DNA of 64,000 nucleotides from Calditrichia bacterium (GCA_050633245.1 JBOEGD010000027.1:104339-168338); one strand, 5' to 3'. Counted from the stretch's first letter, positions 9,877-20,437 are shown. Notes: generated by a model not told the origin, from the sequence alone. Made by a program: numbers and translations.

Positions 9877-10845
9877 ATGCAACTGATAAACAAAACGATT
9901 AGCTATATACTTCCCGTCTTCCCTAAGGCTGTTGTTGGCTATTTTGCCAAACCTTACATCGCCGGAGAGCGTCTGGATGATGCTGTAGAGATAGTTCGAG
10001 AACTGATGCAGGAAGGCGCTTGCGCAACCTTGGATGTGCTTGGAGAAGAGGTTCATCATGAAGAGCAGGCACTACATGCTGTCGAGCTATATAAACAGGT
10101 TCTACAGCGCATCTACTCCGAAAAGCTTCACTCGGGAATCTCCGTAAAACCCACACACATGGGTCTGAAAATAGATAAAGAGTTTTGCTATAAGAACATT
10201 CGTTCATTGGTCGAAATGGCAAGCCTCTATAAGCGCTTTGTCCGCATCGACATGGAAGACCACACCACCACGCAGGACACAATTGATATCTATAAACGCC
10301 TGCGAGAAGATTTTGATAATGTGGGAACAGTTCTTCAAGCGTATTTGCGTCGCACAGTTCAGGACATTAACGGCTTAATTCCGCTTAAAGCCGATCTGCG
10401 ACTCTGCAAAGGCATCTACATTGAACCGCGGAGCGTTGCCTGGAAAGATGGCGGAACGGTAAATCAAAACTTTGCCTACACGCTTGAAAAGCTCATTGTC
10501 AATAATTGCTATGTTGGAATTGCCACTCATGATGAGAAGCTGGTTTGGGAGGCGATGCGAATTTTAGATAAGTATCAGGTAAAGAAGGATCGCTACGAGT
10601 TCCAGATGTTACTTGGTGTTGATGCCGATCTGAGACGTATTATCATCAATAGCGGACACAAGCTACGCGTCTATGTGCCCTTTGGTGCCGAATGGTTTGC
10701 CTATTCAACACGCCGTTTAAAGGAGAATCCCGCTATTGCCGGACATATTATGGGTAATCTTATTACCTCAATTTTTAAGCGTAGCGAAGCGCCTAAAATA
10801 GCAGAGAAGAAAGAAGCTAAGGCAAAGGTTGATGCAGGGAGCTAG
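9877..10845 (+). CDS. Monofunctional proline dehydrogenase
   Basis: Motifs YIAGE, DVLGE, RIDME, VLQAYL, RLCKGIY, IATHD, FQMLLG, YVPFG and RRLKE. Confidence 0.93.
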   Translation: MQLINKTISYILPVFPKAVVGYFAKPYIAGERLDDAVEIVRELMQEGACATLDVLGEEVHHEEQALHAVELYKQVLQRIYSEKLHSGISVKPTHMGLKIDKEFCYKNIRSLVEMASLYKRFVRIDMEDHTTTQDTIDIYKRLREDFDNVGTVLQAYLRRTVQDINGLIPLKADLRLCKGIYIEPRSVAWKDGGTVNQNFAYTLEKLIVNNCYVGIATHDEKLVWEAMRILDKYQVKKDRYEFQMLLGVDADLRRIIINSGHKLRVYVPFGAEWFAYSTRRLKENPAIAGHIMGNLITSIFKRSEAPKIAEKKEAKAKVDAGS

Positions 10846-11468
10846 CCCTCATCAGCCTTCAGGTTCGTTTTGCTAATCGCGATAACTTCCCGCAGCTTGC
10901 TCTCAAACGTTTTACGATCCCAAAACGGAACATCCGTCAGACCACTCAGTTGACGCATCCAAAAGTCTGGCGGCTCAGCAGTTTGCACCCAACGATGCCC
11001 TTTATCATATAGCAGATACACATCCCAAGCCGGCTGATCTATCTGCAATGCCAGCTGCCATTGCTTTGCAGCGATATTTTGTGCATCCCAAATTCCCACT
11101 AAACGACTATCATCAAATTCTCTGGTTAACTTAAGCGCCTGTTTGCGCTTATCGTTTTCGAGAACCGATACCCATACGATGTACAGTCGAATATCTTCAT
11201 CCGGAATCTTGTTAAAGATTTGCTTTAGATCTTTAAAAATTCGCAATGAGAGCGGGTCTCCAGGGGACATCAATGCAATTACGCGAGTGAAACGGCTGTC
11301 GCGATTAAACTGTTCAACAACCTGATCGAAGGCATGGAGCTCCATTAACTCTACATAGGCAGAATTTTCGAGGTCTTCGGATTCAGCACATGAGGGACAA
11401 AGGAGGAGAAGGAGGACAATCGCCAATAGGCTGAATACACGAAAGAAATGGATGGTCTGGCAATTCAA
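10842..11468 (-). CDS. Exported thioredoxin-fold-like protein with degenerate active site (SPGDPLS)
   Basis: Hydrophobic N-terminus ending in a possible lipoprotein Cys; FN...RVIALMSP, YIVW..VL..D, AWDVYLLY and PPDFWM.QL; AGGAGG RBS. Confidence 0.65.
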   Translation of the reverse strand: MNCQTIHFFRVFSLLAIVLLLLLCPSCAESEDLENSAYVELMELHAFDQVVEQFNRDSRFTRVIALMSPGDPLSLRIFKDLKQIFNKIPDEDIRLYIVWVSVLENDKRKQALKLTREFDDSRLVGIWDAQNIAAKQWQLALQIDQPAWDVYLLYDKGHRWVQTAEPPDFWMRQLSGLTDVPFWDRKTFESKLREVIAISKTNLKADEG

Positions 11469-11534
11469 ACGTTCCTCCTTTCAGGGCTTCGGTGGAACAC
11501 AACCAGATAGGTCAACTCAACTAAAGTAAAGGAT

Positions 11535-13430
11535 CTACTGTTTTTCTGCCAGCTTAGCGACAATCGGCTCTGCCGTTAATCCGGCAAACTCTACCCGCAT
11601 ATTCGGATCGGCATATAATCCAATACCACCGCGCACATTTTTGTCGGTTACCATGGTTAATAAATGACCATTGACATAAAGCAGAATCGTCTTATCAATG
11701 CATTTAATCTTAAGCTGAGCAGGTGTAAGATTCTGATTCAAACTTACGGGGATTTCACCACTTGCGATCGTTTTAATGCTCTTACGCGAAATACGCTGCA
11801 GAGCAAAGCGCGAATCTTTATCTATTGTAAACAGATAAAAATTGTCAAAGGGATCGGAAATGTCATGTCCGAAGATAATACCGTATTTTCCATTGCCTAA
11901 GCCGCCAACTCGTTTGGCGTTTACCACAATTTCAGCATTTCCATAGGCATCAATTCCAAACGCCTTTTTTATGCGGATATTGTTTTCGAAGATCATCGTA
12001 TTGTTCTGAATAAAAAAATCATCGCCTCGATAAAGCCCCGGAGTTTTCCAGTTTCGCATCGAGAGATAGGTAGGCAGCAACTCTTCCTGAAGTGGTGCAA
12101 CCGGCTCCGGATTAACATTTTGTAGTCGCTTGCTACGACGCGAGCGTTTTACACTGGCAGTTCGTGCCAGGGCAGGCTTGGCTATTTCGCTACGCACGCT
12201 GGCCAGTTTACTAACTAACAGCTTATTCTCTGGATCAATGGTTGCTGCAAGTCGATAATCTTCCTCTGCCGATCGCCAGTTTTTTACTGCGGCAAATGAA
12301 TCACCACTTGCCATATAAATTCCAACAATTGAATCAAGTCCGAAAAGAGCTTTCGCGTTCGTAGGATCGGCCTTGAGGATTCGTCGATATATATCGACTG
12401 CATCGTGCAAATTTTCACCCTCTATATATCCGCTTGCATTGGAAAGGCGTTCTTCAAGCGTTTTGGCATGAAACCCTTCCTCGTCAAGTGAAACAGAATA
12501 GCGCCCAATAGTGGCTTCGGCCATCTGCGGCAGCTCATCAAGAAAGAAGCTTAACAGAAGGAACATCGCTGCGCCAAATAAAAAGGTAAAGGTAATGGAC
12601 ATACCCAAGCGCGATTTACGTGTGGAAGCTTCATCACTTCTTCCCTCTTGACCAGATTTTTCACGGCCACGCTTGCGATATTCGTTATAAATCTTTATTA
12701 CCTGAACCGCGACATTACCATCAGCCCCACGCTCGATGGCCAATTCCTGCAACTTCTTGCTGGCCGTTTGTGGGGTGTGCGACAAAACAACAGACTGAAT
12801 CTCGTGCTCCTGCAATACATCGAGTGCTGCTGTAGACATAATAAAATATTCGTCGCGCTGAACGGGAATTTTATTAATTGTCTCGATCTTCACGCCAAGT
12901 TTTATACCAAGAGCACGTGTTAGTACTGCACGCGTTCCATCACGACTACCAACTTCACGAGGAAGCATATCTAATACGCGAGTGTGTTCCTGCGTCAAAC
13001 GCTCCACTTTTCTTACGCTTACACGATAGATACGACAGTCTCCAACATGGGCGACATACGCATGGCGATCGGTAATTACGAGTGCAGAGCAGGTTGCTCC
13101 GATTTTCTTGTGAAGGGCATTGGTTTGAGCGTATTGATAAACCCGACGATTTGCAGTATCCATTGCTCGCTGTAGACAGAATGCGATATCTGCTGAAGGA
13201 TAGGTAAAGTAATTTTCCTGAATGATATCTATTGCCATTTTCCCGGCATCACTGGGTTCCGGTCGGCGGGTTTTTGAGTCTGCGATAACAAACAGACGAC
13301 CTTTGCGGGAAGCAATCGCTGTAGCCGAACCATAATGATCGAATGGAGTCGACTCTCTATATGTTGACGGCATCTTCGTTGACGAAGAGGCAACATCAAG
13401 TTTAAGATTTGAAGCAGTTTGCAAGCTCAT
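11535..13430 (-). CDS. Membrane protein with PP2C-like domain (degenerate), TM helix, TPR repeats and C-terminal beta-sandwich (DUF1080-like)
   Basis: GATCSAL, AHVGDCRIY, LTQEHT and LTRALG are PP2C motifs; TM segment near aa 277-297; TPR-like helices follow. Confidence 0.8.
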   Translation of the reverse strand: MSLQTASNLKLDVASSSTKMPSTYRESTPFDHYGSATAIASRKGRLFVIADSKTRRPEPSDAGKMAIDIIQENYFTYPSADIAFCLQRAMDTANRRVYQYAQTNALHKKIGATCSALVITDRHAYVAHVGDCRIYRVSVRKVERLTQEHTRVLDMLPREVGSRDGTRAVLTRALGIKLGVKIETINKIPVQRDEYFIMSTAALDVLQEHEIQSVVLSHTPQTASKKLQELAIERGADGNVAVQVIKIYNEYRKRGREKSGQEGRSDEASTRKSRLGMSITFTFLFGAAMFLLLSFFLDELPQMAEATIGRYSVSLDEEGFHAKTLEERLSNASGYIEGENLHDAVDIYRRILKADPTNAKALFGLDSIVGIYMASGDSFAAVKNWRSAEEDYRLAATIDPENKLLVSKLASVRSEIAKPALARTASVKRSRRSKRLQNVNPEPVAPLQEELLPTYLSMRNWKTPGLYRGDDFFIQNNTMIFENNIRIKKAFGIDAYGNAEIVVNAKRVGGLGNGKYGIIFGHDISDPFDNFYLFTIDKDSRFALQRISRKSIKTIASGEIPVSLNQNLTPAQLKIKCIDKTILLYVNGHLLTMVTDKNVRGGIGLYADPNMRVEFAGLTAEPIVAKLAEKQ

Positions 13431-13805
13431 GATTTTCTGTATTCTCTACCCAGGGCTTTTATGCTACATGGGATTAAACGTACCCATTATCGGCGCCGGA
13501 CAGCTGAAGTAAATAAAAAAATGTAGAAATTTACCGTGCATCCGTGCCGATTTACAATCATTCACATATGTAATGATTACTCTTTTCCTACAGATGAGGA
13601 GGGAAATTGCAAGCGAGCGTTAAAGATAATCCCATACCGTTTGTCAATTTATGCACCAACATGACCCTGTCACATCATTCTGAGGGAACATGTAGAATAT
13701 ACGACAAACTGAACGACGGTTTGTGACAAATCGCAATTCTGAACACTGTTTAAAAACCCGGTCAATGCCGGGCATCACAACCCATACATTTCTTTGTGAG
13801 CTGGC

Positions 13806-16800
13806 TTACTTAAGTTTGATAAGACGCTTAACGTCCTGCGTACCTGAAGTCTCAAGCATATAAAAATAGAGTCCGCTAGCGACTACTTTGCCTGCATTCG
13901 TGCGTCCATCCCACTCTACTTCATAGAAACCGGCATTTTGCTCACCATTTACCAATGTGCGCACAGCCTGCCCCAAAATCGAATAGATTCGAATAACAAC
14001 ACGACCGCTCTTTGCAACCTGATATGGAATACGCGTCGATGGGTTAAAGGGGTTGGGGTAGTTTTGGGCCAGATGCGGCTGCGATGGCACTAGTCTCTCG
14101 ATTCCGGAAAGAGCAGATTCGATGTCTGCTGCCGGGGCGACCAACAGCGCAAATCGCGACTCTTCTTCCGAGCGAATGGCTCGCAGCGTTATCTCGCTAT
14201 TGCTGCGAAGATCATATCGTTCATTATATTTTGAATCGAAGAGCACCACTTCGAAACCACCAGGCAAAGCAGAAATTTGCTGCATAGTCAGACTGACAAC
14301 TGTTTCAGAACTGCGGATTCCAAAGCGCCAGGTATCTCCATTTTGTGATGTCTTTCTGAAGTCTGTCGCAAAATACGTTTTATCACTCCCCCACTCTTCC
14401 CGAGCAAACACAATTGAAACCCCCTGAAGGTCAGGAGAAGATGGATTCGGATAATCGAAGCGGTCTTTTTCGTCCAGTGCTTCAGCATGCATTCCAAGCA
14501 CATTCACATCAAAACTATGGTTATTCTCTGCCCGAAGCACCAACTGCCAGTCTCCTAATTTGCTTGACGGTGCAGGACTTATTTTGCCGCTTGTTCCGGT
14601 ACGAGGATCGAAAACAATGTTCACCGCATCTGGACTATTATTCATAACGGCATAGCCACCCCATGGTTCCACGCTGAAGTTTGCACCAAGAAGCGGTGTC
14701 CAACCAGATTTTGCAAGAGAATCCTGCCATGCCTGACCATCCCAGCGATAAATTTGCAGTGACTCCTTGCCGGAAGATCGCACGCTGTCCCAAGGCACCG
14801 GAAAGCTATATGGATTGCCCACTTGATTCCATCCCGGTTGAAGCGCGTAGACAAAGGAATCAGGCGAAACAGTTTGCATCGCCGGGAACGTTAATGTCGT
14901 GGTAGGAATTTGACCATCGGCATCATCGCGAAGATAAAGCCAGAAGGCATTACCCGGCTCGAAGCGACCGTAGCTATCTGGACGACTGTTAAGCGCATCA
15001 GACCCCAAATAGCTGCTATTGCTGCCCGTAGGATCAACTCGATAGATGCGCCACGTAAAATCACCTTCTTCGCCTAAATCGGCCAAAATTGAGGCAATAG
15101 ACTTATTCGCATCGGTGATTGCATCATACGGCAGCGAAAACATCTGCCAACGGTTGAGCGCTGTAAGGCTGGAAGACGCGCTACCAAGCGTTATCTCACC
15201 GGCGGGAATTGAAACCGAACTAAAAATCGTATCGCGTACCGTAACCGGATACTCATCTGAAACCGCAGCTTCCAGCTTAATTCCATTCGACGTTATTGCA
15301 GCCCCTGGCAGTACCCCGCTATAAACGCCACCCCCGAGATCCGACAAATTTATGGCTCCTGCTGTAAAGCCGTCCGAGTTGGCATTTCCATAACGAACGC
15401 GCACCTGTCGCAAAGTCGTGTCGGCACTAGCCGTAACCAGAATCTGAGAATCTTGCCCCAGCTCAGGATTAACCCTAATCGATTGAATGACTGGCGCAAT
15501 AACGCCCCGCCCACTTAGAAAAACTGACGTAAATGGATTCGCTCTATCGTTACTGCCAATGGCCAGCAAAGCTTGTCTTCTTCCCGTTGTCAAAAGCGGG
15601 CGAAATGCAACTTCCAAAATGAATGCCGCACTATCCGGGGGAATAACAAATGGCAGATCGGGTACGTTTTTTAAACGAAATTCCGGAGAATTTATTCCAG
15701 CCAGATCAATGGACTGAATCGTTAGTGGAGCAGCCCCTACATTTACGATTGGTAACAAGAACGTCGAATCTCCGGAAACAGGCACCGCATGATAGTCCAG
15801 GCTGTCTATACCTACGGAGATACGTGGCAAAGCACCACGCCCAATAACCGGCACAACGAGTTCCTCAAACTCCGGATCATCACTTTCGATAATCAAGTTT
15901 ACTGCTGAAACACGCTCTTCAATCGGAGAGAAGTTAACGGAAAATTGCAGCGAATCTCCGGGAGAAATGGATTGCGGGAAATCGCGTATCTGCGTCTCAA
16001 ACAGCAAGCTGTCGGAGCCTGTTAATCGCACATTAGAGACCAACAAACGATACGTACCTTCATTGCGAATTACCATTGGTAATGTTTCAATAGAATCCAG
16101 CACAACACGCCCAAATAATAGCGAATCGGAGTTAACCGCAAGATCCGGAGCCGCACCACTCCCATTTAGCACAACACTCTTTATCGGTTCAAGCGGATCA
16201 TTACTTATCAAATTAAATATCGCCTGCGACTCACCAAGCTCCGCCGGTGAATAGCGCAGGGCAAGCGCCACCGGATTCCCACCCGAAAGAATGGTAAATG
16301 GTATGGCCGGCACTTCTTCGAAGGAGAATAAATTACTGTTTATACCGGTAATACTTGTATCGCTTACCGTCAGAGGTGCGCCCCCATCGTTACGAATAAG
16401 AATTTGTGTTATTGAATCTGTTTTAATCAGAACGTTGCCAAAGTTCAATGTATCCGGTACCGTGACAATTCTTGGCTGCACTCCGGTGCCAAGAAGTTCT
16501 ACCTCGAAGGGATTTTCATCGGGATCATTACTGATTACCTGAAGGGTTGCGGAGGAAGCACCGAGAGCAAGGGGTTTAAACTTCACCGAAAGCGGCGCAC
16601 GCCCACCATTCGGAGGAACAGTTACCGGCAATGAAGGAAATGTGACCACTTCAAATTGTCCATCGCTAGAGACTAAACTGGTATCCGTAATTATTAGCGG
16701 TGCGAGTCCAACATTAGAGATCTGAAAGAAAATAGTCAGGCTATCCCCAACAACAACCGGCCCATAGTTCAGTGGATTCACATCGGACTTAATATCCGGT

Positions 16801-17876
16801 TCAATTCCGGTGCCACGGAGAATAATCTGTTGCTGACCTTCATCCGGATCGTTACTTACAATAGTTAACGTGCTGGTTTTTAAACCTCCGGACGTTGGAA
16901 CGAAGCGGGTTTGAATAAAGCCGGAACTGCCACCGGGCTGGATAAGCAGCGGAAGGACGGGCGGATTAACCAACAGAAACTGATTCTCGTTGCCCCCTGC
17001 GATCTGTAAATCTGTCACCATCAGCACCGCATCACCATCATTAAAGATTCTAAGTTGCTGAGTTGAATCGTCACCTACAGGCACATTCCCATAGTCAAAT
17101 TCTTCAACAGAAAGGCGAATATCGGCCTCCGTTGCCGTTCCGTCCAGCTGAATGAACAGTGGATTTTCATCAGGGTCGTTGCTAACAATGCTCAGGAAGG
17201 CAACTTTGCTTCCCTTAAATGTGGGATTAAAGGAGATGATGACCTGCGCAGCGCTACCGCCGGGTGTTACTTTTATCGGCAGTGGCGGAGCCTGAAAGGC
17301 GAACTCGCTTGCATTGGCTCCAACTAACTGTAGTGAACTGATTAGCAAATTACCCTGACCCAAATTGCTAATTCCGAGCGCCCGTAACGAGTCGCTGCCA
17401 GCCGGTAGTTCGCCAAAGTTGAGAGCAACAGCTGAGGGTTCAATATCAGGAAACACACCGGTTCCGCTTAGCGCAACATCAAGCGGGTTTTCATCGGGAT
17501 CATTATTCACCATAATCAGAAAGCCGGATTTCACACCGCCTGTCGTCGGACTAAATCGCACATCAACGCTGACTTCAGCGCCACCGGGCTGAATAACAAT
17601 TGGAAAAACGGGAACATTCGGCAGGCTAAACTCACTTGCATCAGCTCCAATCACATCGATAGAGGTTACCTGAAGCTCTGCGGTTCCTCTATTGCCGATT
17701 GAGATAGTGAGCAGCGAGTCATCCGAAACACCTACATTGCCAAAGTTTAGGGCAGCAGGCTGCACGTCAATATCTGGCTGCGGCTGCGCAAAGATCATGG
17801 CTGTAGAAAGCAAGAGCATCGCAAACAATGCTCTTGGCGTCACAAAAAGGTTCTTATTCAAAATGAAGGTCAACAT
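13806..17876 (-). CDS. Large secreted protein with 7 tandem Ig-like (choice-of-anchor D/ASH-type) repeats and a C-terminal T9SS/FlgD-type sorting domain
   Basis: Seven ~110-aa repeats of L.FG.V...I.N.G...L.....F.P....(S/N)(N/D)DP; C-terminal QNYPNPFNPST...IYSILGQ.V...WDG....G..VASGLYFY. Confidence 0.85.
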   Translation of the reverse strand: MLTFILNKNLFVTPRALFAMLLLSTAMIFAQPQPDIDVQPAALNFGNVGVSDDSLLTISIGNRGTAELQVTSIDVIGADASEFSLPNVPVFPIVIQPGGAEVSVDVRFSPTTGGVKSGFLIMVNNDPDENPLDVALSGTGVFPDIEPSAVALNFGELPAGSDSLRALGISNLGQGNLLISSLQLVGANASEFAFQAPPLPIKVTPGGSAAQVIISFNPTFKGSKVAFLSIVSNDPDENPLFIQLDGTATEADIRLSVEEFDYGNVPVGDDSTQQLRIFNDGDAVLMVTDLQIAGGNENQFLLVNPPVLPLLIQPGGSSGFIQTRFVPTSGGLKTSTLTIVSNDPDEGQQQIILRGTGIEPDIKSDVNPLNYGPVVVGDSLTIFFQISNVGLAPLIITDTSLVSSDGQFEVVTFPSLPVTVPPNGGRAPLSVKFKPLALGASSATLQVISNDPDENPFEVELLGTGVQPRIVTVPDTLNFGNVLIKTDSITQILIRNDGGAPLTVSDTSITGINSNLFSFEEVPAIPFTILSGGNPVALALRYSPAELGESQAIFNLISNDPLEPIKSVVLNGSGAAPDLAVNSDSLLFGRVVLDSIETLPMVIRNEGTYRLLVSNVRLTGSDSLLFETQIRDFPQSISPGDSLQFSVNFSPIEERVSAVNLIIESDDPEFEELVVPVIGRGALPRISVGIDSLDYHAVPVSGDSTFLLPIVNVGAAPLTIQSIDLAGINSPEFRLKNVPDLPFVIPPDSAAFILEVAFRPLLTTGRRQALLAIGSNDRANPFTSVFLSGRGVIAPVIQSIRVNPELGQDSQILVTASADTTLRQVRVRYGNANSDGFTAGAINLSDLGGGVYSGVLPGAAITSNGIKLEAAVSDEYPVTVRDTIFSSVSIPAGEITLGSASSSLTALNRWQMFSLPYDAITDANKSIASILADLGEEGDFTWRIYRVDPTGSNSSYLGSDALNSRPDSYGRFEPGNAFWLYLRDDADGQIPTTTLTFPAMQTVSPDSFVYALQPGWNQVGNPYSFPVPWDSVRSSGKESLQIYRWDGQAWQDSLAKSGWTPLLGANFSVEPWGGYAVMNNSPDAVNIVFDPRTGTSGKISPAPSSKLGDWQLVLRAENNHSFDVNVLGMHAEALDEKDRFDYPNPSSPDLQGVSIVFAREEWGSDKTYFATDFRKTSQNGDTWRFGIRSSETVVSLTMQQISALPGGFEVVLFDSKYNERYDLRSNSEITLRAIRSEEESRFALLVAPAADIESALSGIERLVPSQPHLAQNYPNPFNPSTRIPYQVAKSGRVVIRIYSILGQAVRTLVNGEQNAGFYEVEWDGRTNAGKVVASGLYFYMLETSGTQDVKRLIKLK

Positions 17877-17915
17877 AGTGTATCCATAAACTGGTTATTG
17901 TCTAAGTAAATGTGC

Positions 17916-19355
17916 CTAGCGTGGCAGATTTGGTGGTAATCCAATCGCCGTTGGAGAATCTTCTCCGGAATCGCGGCTTATTAGCAAGAACGTCGTTGCA
18001 CCGGCCGCAGTAAGAACGCCTGCTCCAATCAAGTATTTCCCCCAGGAGGCGCCTGAAGGATTTTTCAATGCAAAGTTTTTTGCACGTTCCTGAATATCTT
18101 TCCCTTCTAAAATAGCTAAGTAAAGACGCGAATAGCCACCACGTTCGGTAATGACCATCAGGTTTTTGGCGCGGCTGTCAAACTCGCTTACGCGCGGAAA
18201 GCGCTTTTGAATATCCGTTAATTGAATTATTGCATTCTCTTCCTTTTGCAACCAGCGCTCTACATTTATAGCGTAAAGCGGATCGCTTTGTGCTTCCAGC
18301 GAAGATTGACAGAGAATGCTTTGTCCGCCTTCCAACCAGACAGCACGACTTCCAACAAGCTCAATATTTTTAAAGATCTCCGTTTTATAGCCGGCAAGAT
18401 CTTTGTTTTCGAGACGCTTATTCTTTCCCCAGGTCAGCTCGGTAATATAGAGGTTAGCCGTAGCTTCATCGGTAATCGACTGGCCTACATATAACAGCCT
18501 TGAGGCCTGATGAGGATCCCACTGCGGCTTGGTATAGTCTGCAAGAGGATCATCGGTTACCCGAAACAAATTGTCTTCTTTTTGAGCAAGATTTAATACG
18601 TGAATTTGAAAAGTAGATATTTCACGACCGGGAAACTGTTCGAGGCGGGCATAAGCTAAAAGCTGTGCCTCCGGGTCAGGATTCCAGGCAATATCCAGTT
18701 CCTCAAAAGGGTTCGATGTAAGCTGACGATGACGTAGCTTGGTATAATCACGCTTTTCAAGCGCCTGATCGACGTTTTCAAAGAGATAAATATCTCCCGC
18801 ACCTGTGGCAGAAGAGATATAGGCAATGGACTTTCCATCGGGAGACCAGCGGGGTGAATAGTGTTCACCGTCCGAACTTGAAAGCTTTATATAGCTGTTG
18901 CGTCCCACCGAGCCCAGATAAATGTGACGGCTTTCTCCACCCGCGTTGCTTACGAATGTAAACCATTGATAGCCTTCTTTGTCCAACATGGGACGCCAGT
19001 CTATTTGCCCACTGTAAAAAGCGCTGCTCTTGGCCAGAGACACATCTGCAGATGTGCTATCTGCACTTAACACTATCTCATAAAGCTGAGATGCGCCAAG
19101 ATCATAGATATGTAAATAATGATCGCTGGCATCCTGCCGTTCGAAGGACAGCAGGCGCGACGGAAATGGCGAAAATTCAGGTTTTGAAAAGACACCCGGT
19201 ACGCGGGGATCTCGACTGGAGATAATCTCGTAAGGCGCACCAGATATAACCAATGAATCCGAGGCCGCCTGAAGACCAAAAGACAAAAGAAGAATGCAAA
19301 AGGCTAACTTCATAACGCTCCTGTTTGCAGAGTTATTGCACATTTTATGCTTCAC
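17916..19355 (-). CDS. TolB-like PD40 beta-propeller protein with C-terminal membrane anchor
   Basis: Signal peptide; SPRWSPDGKSIAY plus related WNP/WDP blades; C-terminal hydrophobic helix. Confidence 0.7.
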   Translation of the reverse strand: MKHKMCNNSANRSVMKLAFCILLLSFGLQAASDSLVISGAPYEIISSRDPRVPGVFSKPEFSPFPSRLLSFERQDASDHYLHIYDLGASQLYEIVLSADSTSADVSLAKSSAFYSGQIDWRPMLDKEGYQWFTFVSNAGGESRHIYLGSVGRNSYIKLSSSDGEHYSPRWSPDGKSIAYISSATGAGDIYLFENVDQALEKRDYTKLRHRQLTSNPFEELDIAWNPDPEAQLLAYARLEQFPGREISTFQIHVLNLAQKEDNLFRVTDDPLADYTKPQWDPHQASRLLYVGQSITDEATANLYITELTWGKNKRLENKDLAGYKTEIFKNIELVGSRAVWLEGGQSILCQSSLEAQSDPLYAINVERWLQKEENAIIQLTDIQKRFPRVSEFDSRAKNLMVITERGGYSRLYLAILEGKDIQERAKNFALKNPSGASWGKYLIGAGVLTAAGATTFLLISRDSGEDSPTAIGLPPNLPR

Positions 19356-19690
19356 TAAAGCTATTCATTTTATTGGCAGAGTACAAGCGAAAACATACAC
19401 AATAAATCCAGTGATTTCAACTATCTGAATGTTTATTTTTACAACTGTTATCCAATTGTTGCACGGTTGTATTAGCGAAGGTTTCAGCTTTGTGAAAAGA
19501 ATGTCGACACTTATCTCACATCACAGCACAACGCGGTTTTTCAGGTTATGTTGTGGAAATCTTAACTTGTATACACTATCTTATCCATTCTCATGACAAT
19601 CCGGTATGACAAATGCCACAGCACAATACTGATTTACCTGTGATGTGGTAAGACAATAAACGCTGCCAGAAACGAAGGAGTCTCCACACT

Positions 19691-20437
19691 ATGGCAAACA
19701 TTGCAACTGTAATACTTGCGGCAGGAAAAGGAACACGCATGCAGTCCGATCTTCCCAAGGTACTTCATCCGCTTAACGAACGCTCTATGATTCACTATGT
19801 AATTGATGTCGCTGAAGCGATTAATTCTGAGAAGACGGTTTTGATCATCGGCCACAAACGTGAACTGGTAGAAGAAGCAACCTCCCAGAGAGGTGTTGAA
19901 TATGCCGTCCAGGATCCTCAGTTAGGGACAGGACACGCCGTTATGCAAACGCGACCACACTTTGAGGGCTTTGAAGGCAATGTTCTGGTGCTCTCCGGGG
20001 ATGTTCCGCTATTGCAGGCAGACAGCATTCAAAAGCTTATCGATTACCACGTAAGCAGCGATAAACTCGCGACGCTTCTAACAGCAGAAATGGACGATCC
20101 TACCGGCTATGGCCGCGTTGTTCGCGATAGCGAAGGCAATGTAGTGAAGATTGTTGAAGAAAAAGATGCTGATGAGGAAACTCGACAGATCAAAGAGATT
20201 AACGTTGGGATTTACATTTTTAAAGCAGCTGAACTCTATCAGACGCTTCCGCTCGTTAAGAATGATAATCGGCAGTCTGAATATTATCTGCCCGATGTGT
20301 TGAAAATTTATGTTGAGAATGGTGAGAAGCTCGCCGCAATTCTAACTCCTGACGTAGAAGAGACGCATGGAATTAATACGGTGGATCAGCTTAAGAATGC
20401 TGAAGACATATTGAATGCACGACTACAGTCGGCCTAA
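19691..20437 (+). CDS. GlmU-like nucleotidyltransferase (N-terminal uridylyltransferase domain only)
   Basis: Motifs ILAAGKGTRMQSDLPKVLH, QLGTGHAV, GDVPL, PTGYGRV and EYYLPD; ends at 248 aa with no hexapeptide acetyltransferase domain. Confidence 0.9.
   Translation: MANIATVILAAGKGTRMQSDLPKVLHPLNERSMIHYVIDVAEAINSEKTVLIIGHKRELVEEATSQRGVEYAVQDPQLGTGHAVMQTRPHFEGFEGNVLVLSGDVPLLQADSIQKLIDYHVSSDKLATLLTAEMDDPTGYGRVVRDSEGNVVKIVEEKDADEETRQIKEINVGIYIFKAAELYQTLPLVKNDNRQSEYYLPDVLKIYVENGEKLAAILTPDVEETHGINTVDQLKNAEDILNARLQSA

Noticed and set aside
19356-19690. DnaA-box-like words (TTATCCAAT, TTATCCATT, TGTGGAAAT) suggesting oriC
   Set aside because: None matches TTATCCACA exactly and there is no dnaA/dnaN/gyrB context. 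This is more simply a divergent promoter region.
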